A DNA stretch of 43,818 nucleotides from Macrostomum lignano. Its lineage: Eukaryota. Positions 1-12,675 of the stretch are shown piece after piece. The notes beneath the pieces are model-generated. The model was given only the letters and a program-made list of their open reading frames with translations, made no database searches and had not been told where the DNA came from. The position numbers and the translations under genes were made by a program. Every line of letters starts with the position of its first letter. The first letter of the stretch is position 1. The DNA lies in the NCBI GenBank assembly GCA_002269645.1, contig NIVC01004503.1, positions 1 to 43,818 of the forward strand. The letters are read 5' to 3'.

Positions 1-112
1 TTCTAATCTTCATTCACGTGGAATAGATAGCATGATAGTTTAACACATCCTTCTTAGCCAGCAGTATCCCATGCCAATCTAACTAGTGCTTAGCGACCTC
101 CTACTAGTCACC

Positions 113-402
113 CACTCTTGGCACCTCTGTTGGCTCTTTTTCTTTGCGCCACTCTTGGCGCTCTTTTGGCGCTTTTTCTTAGCGCCACTCTTGGCGCCTC
201 TTTTGGCGCTTTTTCTTAGAGCTACTCTTGGCGCCTCGTTTAGCGCATTTTCTTAGCGCCACTCTTGGCGCCTCGTTTGGCGCTTTTTATTCGCGTCACT
301 CTTTGAAGCCTTTTTGGCGCTTTTTCTTAGCGCCACTCTTGGCGCCTCTTTTGGCGCTTTTTATTCGCGTGACTCTTTGGCGCCTCTTTTGGAGCTTTTT
401 TT
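113..402. repeat. Degenerate ~38-bp minisatellite (consensus ~TTTTTCTTAGCGCCACTCTTGGCGCCTCTTTTGGCGCT), about 7 copies
   Basis: Recurring GCGCCACTCTTGGCGCCTCTTTTGGCGCT blocks read directly. The unit is not a multiple of 3, so the ORF at 228-470 is a repeat artefact. Confidence 0.85.
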
Positions 403-3400
403 CACGTTTTCTTGCCTTTTTTCAATTCCTTTTGCCCTATTTTCTGTCTTCTAAAAGCAATATTTGTTAGCACATCGAGTTACATTGTTTGCACAGTTGA
501 ACAATGAGACTGGAATTTAACTGACTGCCATCTCTACAGCATATCTTCAAATCAGTTTTTTATTTATTCAAACAGCCAACTTAGGCAATTTTTAAGAAAC
601 AACTTTAAGAATTTATAAGTGTGTCCTGCAGAAGCCAGGTTCTGATTTAGTGCATAGGCTCAAGCTATATGCATACGAGTATAAACCATGCATACTTAAC
701 AGCTGTGATCGATCCGCGCAAATCCCCTGAGAAACAGGAGACTGCATGCCACTCGGCAGCTCTCGCCTCTCTCTCTCGCTCCACCTTTCCCAGCCTCTGG
801 TGCCTGCTGCAGCACTGGTTTAACCAATAGCAGTTGTTGAAGATTCAACTTGCAAAAATCTTTAGTCATGCGCGACAGTCCACGTGGATGTGTAGCTGCT
901 ACACATGCATATACGCATATATATACAAGCAGTATGTAAATACGCGGGATCTGCAGCAGGCAGGTGCAGAGGCCGCTTCCCCCCGCCTGGCTTCAGCTCC
1001 CCAATCTTCCCAATTGCCCCTTTTCTGCTGCTATAAGCAAGATGAAGCACAGAGAGAAGAGGCAGCCCAGGAGACGGTTTATACAGCAGGCAATTGTCAG
1101 CAGGCGTTCAGACACGGGCAAGGGCGAAAGAATTGACACGGAATTTGGAAAAGTGCTTTTTAGGGCAGCAGGAAAATAGATTGGAGTGTGCGGTAGCAAA
1201 GTGCCGGAGACTGCGTGGTCCTTGTGCACCCGCTTGAAATGCCTGCTCATTCAATATTCTGCGCGCTCTTCTGCCAGACGGCTTGAGAATTGCAATTTAG
1301 CCGGCTGCTGGCAACAATGGGAACTTCTTCCCAGGCGCGGGTAATGGGCCATGGCTGCGTGAGCTGAGCTCTGATACTTGATGAAGTTGGCGGCTTGGAT
1401 GTCACGCCAGAAAGAAGAAGTTTGCGATGGCAAGCCCCACTGTAATATCCGCTGGAGAGGGGAGGTGAGGGTACAGCTAAAGCAGCCGGTCGTTATAAGA
1501 TGTGTGCTTTCACTGGAGACTGGAGCTTTCTATGCTAAACGCTTTTTTGTCTGAGAAGTTGCACAAAAATCGGACAAAACTCTGTCGAGAAAGACTCGCC
1601 TACAGGGTCAAGCGGCAATCACGTCTGACTGTCGCGGCTGGACATCTGGTTCGATTCAAACATTAGTATGGGGACTTGGGCACGAGAATATTGGAGGAGA
1701 GGTTTTTCGTGCGATTCACACCAATCATGCAGGGCCGATTTCCAAGGCACAGAGAGAGAGAGTGTACATGCCTGATGATTAAAAAGTCAGGACAGCTGTG
1801 AGTGCATGAGTGCCGTCTGCGTACAGTATGGGCGCGCTTGTATGCGCTTGTATGTTGAGACCATGTCGTCGAAGGCCTTGGGCCAGGGTGACCACAGACC
1901 TATCACATAATCAACCACCAGGTACGAAACACATGTTCGTTTAATTTACCGTAAAATTCAGACGTTTATAACAAAACTACAATGTTAAGGCCTAAAAAGA
2001 CCGAAAGTTGAACGAATTGCAAATGAAGTGTCCCTTCTAGTTTAGTTGTCCATGAGGCGGGTGGGAAAGGGAGATAGATGGGAGAATTCTCCCAGGGCCT
2101 CCATCTGAGCAAGGCGACCGAAGACCGAAGTCGCATGAAGTATGTGAAGGCAGTTTGCAGTTGCCGGATATTCAATCAGCCAATGCTCGAAATTTGCCTG
2201 TTGCTACGACCGCGCCTGCGTCTCGGCTGGGAGGAAACCAATTTTCGGGCGAAGGTGGCTGAGCACCAACTCGCGTTTGTCCCCGTTAATGAAGAGAGAT
2301 GAAGGCGGGGGGCTCTATGGGGTGAGAGAAGTAACCAGAACGTATACACGCATTGGTGAGTATGGCCTTGAGAGACCCGAGAGAGAGTTAGAGAGGCCTG
2401 TGTTGCAACAACGGCAAGAGTGCGTGTGCATAGTTTGCCAAATATTTACTCAACGAATTTGAGTAAGCGCCGCGCAAGTTTGAAAGGCTTTGATTGGCCT
2501 TACGGGAACACGACGCGTGGTTCCGGTGCCAATTTAATGCATCAGTGGCTGAGATTCAACGCACAGTTTCATTTCTTTTCATATGCTGACCAACTCCATT
2601 TGCCAATTGATTTTCAGCCTTTTGACTGTGACTTTCAGTTACCTAGTAGTATTGGTCACTGCCCCAAATCGAGGCGGGGCGCTTCGCAAGCTCGAATTTT
2701 CAATAGGTCGAAACTTCACATCATCGAAAGGTCTTGCTGGCCACTTCATGAGCTTGAAACTTCACAAGCTCTCAAGACTGAACATCCTCGAAGAAATCCT
2801 AGTCCTAGGATAGACTCCGATGATTCATTGTGAATCCCTTCATCGATTCCAACAATATCTATATTCATTGTCGTATAGTTTCTCATTGAAAAGTACAGCT
2901 GGTGATTTTACGTGAGAAAAAGTCTGCCGATACCTTCACATTGTATAGCGATGGCCCTGTCACACAGGAAGTCAGCGGCAGAGGCAAACAGACCGAACAG
3001 GGAGGAGGGGTAAGCCAGAAAAAGAGAGATCAAGACAAAAGGCACTGGGTGGTGGGCGTCTCTGCTCTGGCACGATATTGTTTATGGTATCATATAAGTC
3101 GTAAATATGGACTGTGAATGTGAGCCAGATTCTGGGACTCAACCGTCAGCGGCCGGGAAAATCGCCCTCCCCTAACTCCCCGCAGCGACAGAAATCGACA
3201 GGGGGGAGGCGCGAGCGCATGGGTGGCTGAAGCGGCGTGAGGGCTGGGGAGATGCTGGAGGGGATAAAAAATCAAATTTGCTGGCTTGGGAGAGTCGTGC
3301 AGCCTAAGCTTCTCGCATCCCCTGTCATATTTGGTCTCCGGCAGCAATTTTTCTCACATTGTTCAGTCTGGCATGGCAACTGCAGTGAGCCGAGCTTATC

Positions 3401-3411
3401 TTAACTCTGCA

Positions 3412-3456
<45 letters not shown>

Positions 3457-3457
3457 C

Positions 3458-3528
<71 letters not shown>
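3412..3528. repeat. (TATC)n microsatellite, ~29 units
   Basis: Read directly; one TATC>CATC interruption near 3457. Confidence 0.98.
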
Positions 3529-4167
<639 letters not shown>

Positions 4168-5676
4168 GCATTGGCACAGTTATTTAAATTTCTGGCACTG
4201 TTTTTCCTAAAATTATTCAACAATTGTGACCTTTTTCTATCGTAGTTGCACTTTTCAAATCTAATCCATTTAACTTCAGCCCCTAAGGGAAACTAAATCC
4301 CCTTCAGAATCGCCTGTCAATTTCAATTGTCCACTGCAGACTTTACTACAGGGTCGCATTGTGGGTTGCAGGTCAACGCTTCCATTCTCTACTTAATGTT
4401 CTTACTATTGACTGGAAACGTGAACGACGAAATCCCCAGACTTAAGCCGGCGCAGAGTTCAGTCCAGATTGACGGCCGAATTATTTGCAGAGAACTTTCT
4501 TTTGAACAGCTTGGCCACAACACGGAGGCAACTTTCCTGATGCTGTTTCTAAAGAATAGGATTGGTTATTTTGGTGCATAAGCTGGGCTTGCGCATTGTG
4601 CTGCTCTATCGCAGATTGCAATCGTTAGACATAGGGACAAAGCCATTAATTTCCTCAGTCTCTTTGTCTGTCTGTCTCTATGCTACCTCTCGGGCACAGC
4701 CTTCATCCCCAGCTTCGTTGGGAATTGGGACTGAGTCGGGGCCGACCACGCCCCCACCCCCTCATCCGGGAGGCAGCGCGCGTATCGTTTGACGCGAGAT
4801 AGCTATAGGCGAGCTGTCATTATTTTAGCTCGCGCACAAGCCATAAAATATCTGTCAGATCGGTAACTCTAGCCCAGCTTAGCTAATGATATACATGTGC
4901 AGAACAATTGCGATTATGTAAAAGTGGAAGGCGTACTCTTCGTTAAGCTGTTACATTTTTTTATACATTTTCATTTATGTCCTGAAGTGTAATGGAAATT
5001 TAATGCTTCGCTCAATAATTGTGGCGTGGAAAATTAATGAGAACATAATGGCAACATTCAGGGTGTACAAGGTTAGTACAATGGGATAACGGGGCAGGTG
5101 AACAGAAATATGCTGTAAATATGCCTCAATAGCATGTAAATTGGTTAATATTACTTTGTATACTTCCGAATCTAATAAATTAGGGTACAACAATAACCCC
5201 AGTCTAAGCTTGTACACATAGTAGCAACCCTTAATAATATTAATTGTGGGGGCATAATGACGCTATATAATCAGAGGCACTTATTGCACAGCTTTCGGCA
5301 TCAATCAGGATAAATAAATACTCCGAAGGATAGGCTTACCCCAAGCGGTAGAACGAGTCCTCTGTCATACTATAGAACTCAATGAGGCGATTCCTATAGC
5401 TTATCCCAAACAGCTGGCGTGACTGCGCCTGACCCGGCCTCTGCTATTCGACCTGGCTTAGGCCACGAGCCACGAGCGTGCTAGCTATAGCTGAAGGCCT
5501 ATGTAGCCTAGCAACTAAGCTCATGAATATTTAATTAGGCATACGCGACGGGAAGTTTGCAGGAAGATGGAGGCAGCTAAATGACAGCCCACTTCAGAAT
5601 GAGTAGCTTGAATTAACGTAATACTTATTACTGTAGAAGCTACCTATAATAACATGTATCCGCGATCATTGGCGCC

Positions 5677-6938
5677 TAAAAATCGATAGCACAAGTGATT
5701 GAAAATCGATAGTAATTGTGTCTGAAATCGATAATATTAGTGATTGAAATCGATAATATTAGTGATTGAAATCGATAATATTAGTGATTGAAATCGATAA
5801 TATTAGTGATTGAAATCGATAATATTAGTGATTGAAAGCGATAATATTAGTGATTGAAATCGATAATATTAGTGATTGAAATCGATAATATTAGTGATTG
5901 AAATCGATAATATTAGTGATTGAAATCGATAATATTAGTGATTGAAATCGATAATATTAGTGATTGAAAGCGATAATATTAGTGATTGAAAGCGATAATA
6001 TTAGTGATTGAAATCGATAATATTAGTGATTGAAATCGATAATATTAGTGATTGAAATCGATAATATTAGTGATTGAAATCGATAATATTAGTGATTGAA
6101 ATCGATAATATTAGTGATTGAAATCGATAATATTAGTGATTGAAATCGATAATATTAGTGATTGAAATCGATAATATTAGTGATTGAAATCGATAATATT
6201 AGTGATTGAAATCGATAATATTAGTGATTGAAAGCGATAATATTAGTGATTGAAATCGATAATATTAGTGATTGAAATCGATAATATTAGTGATTGAAAG
6301 CGATAATATTAGTGATTGAAAGCGATAATATTAGTGATTGAAATCGATAATATTAGTGATTGAAATCGATAATATTAGTGATTGAAATCGATAATATTAG
6401 TGATTGAAATCGATAATATTAGTGATTGAAATCGATAGTAATTGTGTCTGAAATCGATAATATTAGTGATTGAAAGCGATAATATTAGTGATTGAAATCG
6501 ATAATATTAGTGATTGAAATCGATAATATTAGTGATTGAAATCGATAATATTAGTGATTGAAAGCGATAATATTAGTGATTGAAATCGATAATATTAGTG
6601 ATTGAAATCGATAATATTAGTGATTGAAATCGATAATATTAGTGATTGAAATCGATAATATTAGTGATTGAAAGCGATAATATTAGTGATTGAAAGCGAT
6701 AATATTAGTGATTGAAAGCGATAATATTAGTGATTGAAATCGATAATATTAGTGATTGAAATCGATAATATTAGTGATTGAAATCGATAATATTAGTGAT
6801 TGAAATCGATAATATTAGTGCCTTAAATCGATAATATTAGTGACTAAAATCGGTAATATTAGTGACTAAAATCGGTAATATTAGGTACTGAAAATCGATA
6901 ATACTAGTGAATGAAAGTTGATGGCACAAGTGACTGAA
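5677..6938. repeat. 22-bp satellite (GAAATCGATAATATTAGTGATT)n, ~55 copies, degenerate ends
   Basis: Period 22 read directly. A recurrent AAATCG>AAAGCG variant is present, and the variant unit ATCGATAGTAATTGTGTCTG recurs at a 726-bp (33x22) spacing. Confidence 0.97.
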
Positions 6939-7580
6939 AATTGGCGTGAAGACGGTGTAATTAATTTACTTGTATAATTGATTCATCTACATATTAACAT
7001 ATTTCTCTGATGCATACTGAGTTTCGAGTATCTCGGCTATTTTTTATATAAAGTGCGGCTGATTTTTTTATTCAGCCGGCTGCCTCAGAAAAATTTCAAT
7101 TCGCAATTCCATCCTATTCGACAAACCAATGAAGCGCATAGCAGTCTTTGAAAGCAAAATGGGAACAGACGAACAAAAAGAGGGGGAAATGCGCAGGGTG
7201 AATGGTGAAAGCACCGATTGGAAACCCAAGCCGCTTTGTAAGCCAAATCTAACCTTGCTCTGCCATTCCATGTAGTGAAAACAGGACAGACCTGTAGCTT
7301 TTGGGTAATTCGAGTCCCCATCCCAGTCATGCAGAAAAGCTGCGCCTTTTGCCTTTCTGACTGTTTCCTGTTTTTTTATGTCTGCTTAAATTTCCCCGCA
7401 TTCCAGGCTGATCAATGCCTTTTTTCTGAAACAATCAATATCTGGTTTCTAAATTTGTAAACTGCCAAATGGAGCGGGGTGGGTTATCCATTCTGTCTAT
7501 TGCTGATTTCGTCTTAATGCATATATGGGTACTTGTAGGCTGTTCCGGGAGTCTCGGGGGACGTACACCTTAAGGCGGAA

Positions 7581-7996
7581 GGAGTGACAGACAGGGTACA
7601 CAGTTACGCTAGATGGAGTGACAGACAGGGTACACAGTTACGCTAGATGGAGTGACAGACAGGGTACACAGTTACGCTAGATGGAATGACAGACAGGAGA
7701 CACAGTTACGCTAGATGGAATGACAGACAGGAGACACAGTTACGCTAGATGGAATGACAGACAGGAGACACAGTTACGCTAGATGGAATGACAGACAGGA
7801 GACACAGTTACGCTAGATGGAGTGACAGACAGGAGACACAGTTACGCTAGATGGAATGACAGACAGGAGACACAGTTACGCTAGATGGAGTGACAGACAG
7901 AGGACACAGTTACGCTAGATGAAGTGACAGATAGGGGACACAGTTACGCTAGATGGAGTGACAGACAGGGGAACACAGTTTCTCTAGAAGTGACAG
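7581..7996. repeat. 34-bp minisatellite (GGAGTGACAGACAGGAGACACAGTTACGCTAGAT)n, ~12 copies
   Basis: Period 34 read directly. Confidence 0.95.
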
Positions 7997-9252
7997 AATG
8001 GGTGAGATCCAGGAAGGATAAAGTACATTTTACCCATGCAGTAGGCTCTTACTACGAATATGCTGAGGCAGTGTAGTCAATCTTGGCTTAATTTAGCACC
8101 TCGAGAAAGGGCTTCTTCAAACTCCTCTAAGTTCTTCCAATCAAAAAAAATTCACAAAGCTACAATATAAAAGTCACACAGAATTTGCAGCTCTCAGTGT
8201 GCACACAGCTCTGAGCTTACCTTGGACTTTTGCCCCGATAATAAAGTGATTTGATGCATCTAAGCTTAAAATTTGATGCCGGGCATAATCCCGCCCAAGA
8301 AATGGAAAGCATCTTGATACAAATAATCCTGTGGGAAATTTGCTTAAGAGTCGGGGTCCCCTTTTGCCATTCGCAACCTCCGAGCGGCCAGCTACTGAAT
8401 GATTCATGGTTTCTAGGCAGCCTTTGCACACTATCCCACCTAGCCCGCCTCTACAATGCCCTTTCATTATTAGAGCCGGCAGGTACTTCTGCTTTTTTCA
8501 ACGGAGCCCTCAGAGCCCGATCAGAGCTGTTGCGTTAGTTGCAATTCCTAGAGACGGCAATCAACTAATTCTGATTTATTTGTCCAAATAATCTTAGCGA
8601 CTTCAGAGATGCTTAGTTGCTTAGGTCGTCTCAAGCCTGATTATTACTTAAAGTTCGTAAGCCTTGATAGTTTGATATGAAAATCTTGATAAAAATATCA
8701 AATAGCCTTTGAAGAAGACATCATATGCTCCTTGTTTTGAGTTCATACGGTATCATTATCCGCAATCATGGGGCTCCGGTAATGACAGGAGGACAAGACC
8801 CGATGACAGAGAGCATCCGTTTTAACTTTGAATAGCATGACGGATTTCAGCTTCTGACGCAGGACCGCCTTTAAGCTCGTAATCTACAAAAGCATGATCG
8901 CGTGATACGCAACCATTGAGAAATCAGATGCAGCTCCAAGAGAGCAACGTGTTCGTCAAAGTCAAACTATCCGTTCTGTTAGGTCAAAAAAGAATACACT
9001 ACGAGTTAGAAATCTCTTGAGGAAAGTTTATAAATAACCTGTTCGTATTCACGAATGCAGAAAATTTTAATAAACTATTTCTTTTTTTGAACAATAGAAA
9101 TGTTTCATAACTATAGCACCCGTTACCATTAACGTTCGTACAGGTAAAAAACACACATCGGCTTATTGACTAAGCGAGGCATCGATTCTCTAAAAAAGAT
9201 TTGTTCAGGGAATTTCGTCAGTGATCATCAATAATCAAATCGACGGCCATCA

Positions 9253-9884
9253 ATGCAGCGTCGCTTCGCTGCACCGTCACCGATATTTGCGCGAGCGGCG
9301 GCGCAATCCAGAAGGTCAAAGCCACAGCAGGAGCTGTCCACCGATGGCGGCGGCTGCCACCGCAAGCCGCCGCCGCAGCAGCAGCAGCAGCAGCAGCAAG
9401 AATCCACCTCGGCGTCGGTTTCAGCCTCAAACATGTCGATTTCTTCTGCTTCGTCCTCCACGGACAGCTGCGACTCGACGCCCGAAGCTGAGCGTCCGTT
9501 AAGTGCCGAATCCGATACCTCGTCGACAACTTCAACATCGTCGACGTCTTCCTCGACGCTGTCCGCTTCGGCGGATGCGCCGAAAATTTTTCGCCGTGGA
9601 GTCCGAGCTCGAGTTTTGTACGACTTCCGCGCGGGCAGGCCTGGCGAGCTTAGCGTGCGCCGCGGCGACCTGGTCCGGGTGCTGTACCACGTGCAGCAGA
9701 GATGGGCCTTTGCCTTGGCTGGCCGACGGCGCAATCGGCGAAGCGGCTACTTTCCGTTCCTGTTCGCCGTGAAGCACGACCGGACCTGTGAGAGACGCGT
9801 GCCCAGTCTGGAGCAGTACGTGCGAGAGCTGCCACCAGGGACGGCAGGTGACTTGGCAAACGCGGCGACGGAACGCTCGTCTGG
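9253..9884 (+). CDS. SH3-domain low-complexity protein, coding exon 1 (poly-Q and S/T-rich N-terminus; SH3 at ~9598-9774)
   Basis: The translation RARVLYDFRAGRPGELSVRRGDLVRVLYHVQQRWAFALAGRRRNRRSGYFPFLFAV fits the SH3 signature (ALYDF..ELS..KGD..W..G.FP). First ATG after an in-frame TAA at 9232; strong donor GG|GTAAGT at 9885 (phase 2). Confidence 0.88.
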
Positions 9885-10234
9885 GTAAGTTATTTTCATC
9901 CAATTATTATCTTGTTCACGATAAGCTTTTACTCATTAAACTAGCAGATTAAGCAGAGTTAGTCGCTGCATAGGCTGTCTGCTTTGTTCTTCATAAAGCA
10001 GTAACCAAGAGCATGTGTAGCGAATTAAGATCACCCTGTCTTTTTATGCATTTAAATATTTAAGACACATTAAGACAAAGTGTGAATCAAATTCAACTAC
10101 GAGCGTATAGCAAACAAGGCAATTTAAAAGCCTTTTTGTATCTTATTTTTACTGTTTAGTCTGAACGGATTTACTAAAATGAGTTGGCTCACATTTTTTC
10201 GTTAAGCTGATCAATGCACCCCCACTCCAATCAG

Positions 10235-10682
10235 CTTGGTAGCTCAAACCAGCCGTATGGAAGTAGATCAGCAACGACTACTACCAACTGTAAAGCGGCG
10301 CTGCAATGTTGTAGCTGGCAGCCGCGACTCGGCAGGTTCCGGTAGCTCGGATTCGGGAAATTTCGATGCTTCATCATCGAATTCTTCGACGAATTCCATT
10401 GCCGCCTCCGCGGCGGCGGTGGCTGCAGCTGCTTTAGCTGCGTCTGCTGTAACAGGAGCTTCTTCTTTGGCCGCAGAAGCGACCACTACTGCGACTGGGG
10501 AAACCCCGCTGTCAAGTCCGCAGAATCAGCCGAGACAGCCGCCGTTGAACTGCCATCATCAGCAGATCCTGTGCGCCGCACCGGTAAAAAAGCCGTTTTC
10601 ACCGTCCAAATCCGCTCCGGCAACTCCGCAGCGATCATTGACAAGGAACTACTCGCCCGATGCTGCAGCACCGACTTCAAAG
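10235..10682 (+). CDS. SH3-domain protein, exon 2 (S/A/T/P-rich, disordered)
   Basis: Acceptor CCCCACTCCAATCAG| at 10234. Phase 2 matches exon 1 (GG+C = Gly, then LVAQTSRMEV...). Donor AAG|GTGAGC at 10683 (phase 0). Confidence 0.85.
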
Positions 10683-11123
10683 GTGAGCTTGTTTTTTCCT
10701 AATTATTAGATACATGCAATTTATTTAACTTTTATTGAAGCTTTATTTGTGAACCTTGCATGCATGGTAAAAATATTAGGAATGATTACTCTCGACTGCA
10801 TGCCTTGAAATCGGTTAAAACAAATTTGTCAAAAATTTTTTTTAAATTGTAATTTCGGCTTTGGTAAACGATTAGGTTTTGTTGTCAATTGCGGGGAATT
10901 TTTACGGGAATAATCGCACAGCCTAAAAAGCTACACTTTGAATGAGATGTATCTATAATAATCATGGAATAGTTTTGATTGCTCTAGCAACTCCTATTCT
11001 ATTCTCATGCACAATGATAGGTTTTGATGCTTTCTTCATGCAAAACTACTATAAAGTGACAGTAGTATACTTAAAACATAAAAGTAAACAATTTTTACTA
11101 AAGCGGGTTCAAAAACTTTCCAG

Positions 11124-11672
11124 CCAGCGCCATCAGCTACAGTAACCACACTGGGAGCTGCTGCTGCTGCCGCTTCTGTCACAACGGCTTCAAAAGCCTA
11201 TGTCCCCGATTCTGCGGTTGTCAAGGTCCCCAGCACCGAATGCGACTCCGTATGGCAGCGAAGACCATCATTTGACTCGCTGCCGCTGCTGCCGTTGTCA
11301 GCGGCGTCCAGCATTTTGCCTTCGCGCAGTCGACAATCGCGCGCCCAAGCACCATTGAAGCAGCAGCAGCAGGGGCAGCCGTGGCGACAGCCGGCCCAGC
11401 GTAGAGTTGGTCAGCTGCGCGCCTTGTTAGCCGCTGAACGTCGCCAGCGAAGCTGCTCACCAAACGGCGCTGGCAGTTCCGGCAAGAAAGTGGTTACTTT
11501 CAGCGCCAACAACGAAATAATTGGCGTGGCGGATAACATTGACAGGCTGCCGTATCTGTCGACAAGTGCCTCGTCATCTAAACCGGATGGTCAGCATCAG
11601 GCAGCCGAACTGCCGCCTGAGCTAGCTAATCGACTGGATTCACTCAGCTTCTACGACAACTACCTGCCTCAG
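11124..11672 (+). CDS. SH3-domain protein, exon 3 (contains RRPSF and KKVVTF motifs)
   Basis: Acceptor ACTTTCCAG| at 11123, phase 0, open frame PAPSATVTT...FYDNYLPQ. Donor CAG|GTGAGG at 11673. Confidence 0.82.
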
Positions 11673-11890
11673 GTGAGGCCAGCCGACTGCGAACCTTCTA
11701 GGCGGAATCGGGAAGCAAAGCGACCCGAAAAAGTTACAGATGATTTAGAAGAACACAATGAGGAACAGGGTCTTCAGACACTGGTTTGACGAGAAACGAA
11801 TCATATGAATTCAGGATTTTTTAGATTTTTTATTCTTGCCATCAATCGCATTGTGTCAGTACGCTCGTAAATTATAATTTTTTTTAACAG

Positions 11891-11938
11891 CTGCGTCATA
11901 AAAAAAGCATCTCAGTATTCGAAATTGACGTTTCTTAA
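11891..11938 (+). CDS. SH3-domain protein, probable terminal exon (LRHKKSISVFEIDVS*)
   Basis: Strong acceptor T-run AACAG| at 11890, phase 0 compatible. Stop TAA at 11936-11938 overlaps AATAAA. Confidence 0.65.
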   Translation: MRHKKSISVFEIDVS

Positions 11939-11943
11939 ATAAA
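11938..11943 (+). promoter_or_regulatory. Candidate polyadenylation signal AATAAA of the SH3 gene
   Basis: The hexamer overlaps the stop codon and is followed by T-rich sequence. Confidence 0.35.
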
Positions 11944-12675
11944 AAATTCTGAATGTTCGATTTGGACAATTTTTTGTTTCTTTTTCGCAACTCAAATTTC
12001 TAATGTATTTTTTAATAAAATTAACGATCTTCTGCATATGTAAAGCATGTGAGCTGATGATAGCCGCATGTAAGAGAAAAACAGCCTTAATTACTAATTC
12101 GGCATTAAAAACAGCTAGCTGTACAATCACTAAGTACCATTTTCATTCCGCAATGGCTACGAGTATAAAAGACTGTAATTGTAGAGAATCATCATTGTCA
12201 ATAAGAGGTTAACATGTAGATTGAGGATTAATAAAAACTAACTCTCACTTCCAATTTCACACAGAGACCACACAAGATGTCCCAAAAGTAAGAAAAGTAT
12301 TACTCTAGGCCAGAAAAATTAACAGTGCTACTCTTGTGTTCCCAGTTGTTCTCTCCAATAAGACAAGCCAATAAAAAAAACGATTTTAAGCATCTTATTT
12401 TACTCGTCGGTAGTCACAAATATCCAAAAAGTATTATTAAGGAGGACATGAAAGTGAGAGAAAAGCCTTATTAAATTATTGTTTTGATGTCATGCTGACA
12501 GTTCATATACTGTAAGTGGAAAATCCGAGCCTGCATTTAGTAGCTCCGATTCGAGCAGCGATTTAGTACGAGCTAACTATTGAGTGTGACCAAGGACGCT
12601 TAATTACAGAACGTGTATTAAACAACGTTTATCATATGAAACCAGATTTCTTGCTTCATGGGGAGCACTATGCAA

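Noticed and set aside
228-470. 80-aa ORF, and a K/R-rich protamine- or H1-like reading on the - strand
   Set aside because: The 38-bp unit shifts frame every copy and stops interrupt the - strand frames; this is a non-coding minisatellite.
834-3347. Many short ORFs, including a near-continuous - strand frame at 993-1433 and fragments at 1966-2833
   Set aside because: No recognisable domain (I looked for RT, transposase and BED-finger motifs) and no consistent splice-phase chain. They could be decayed transposon remnants, but I cannot support this.
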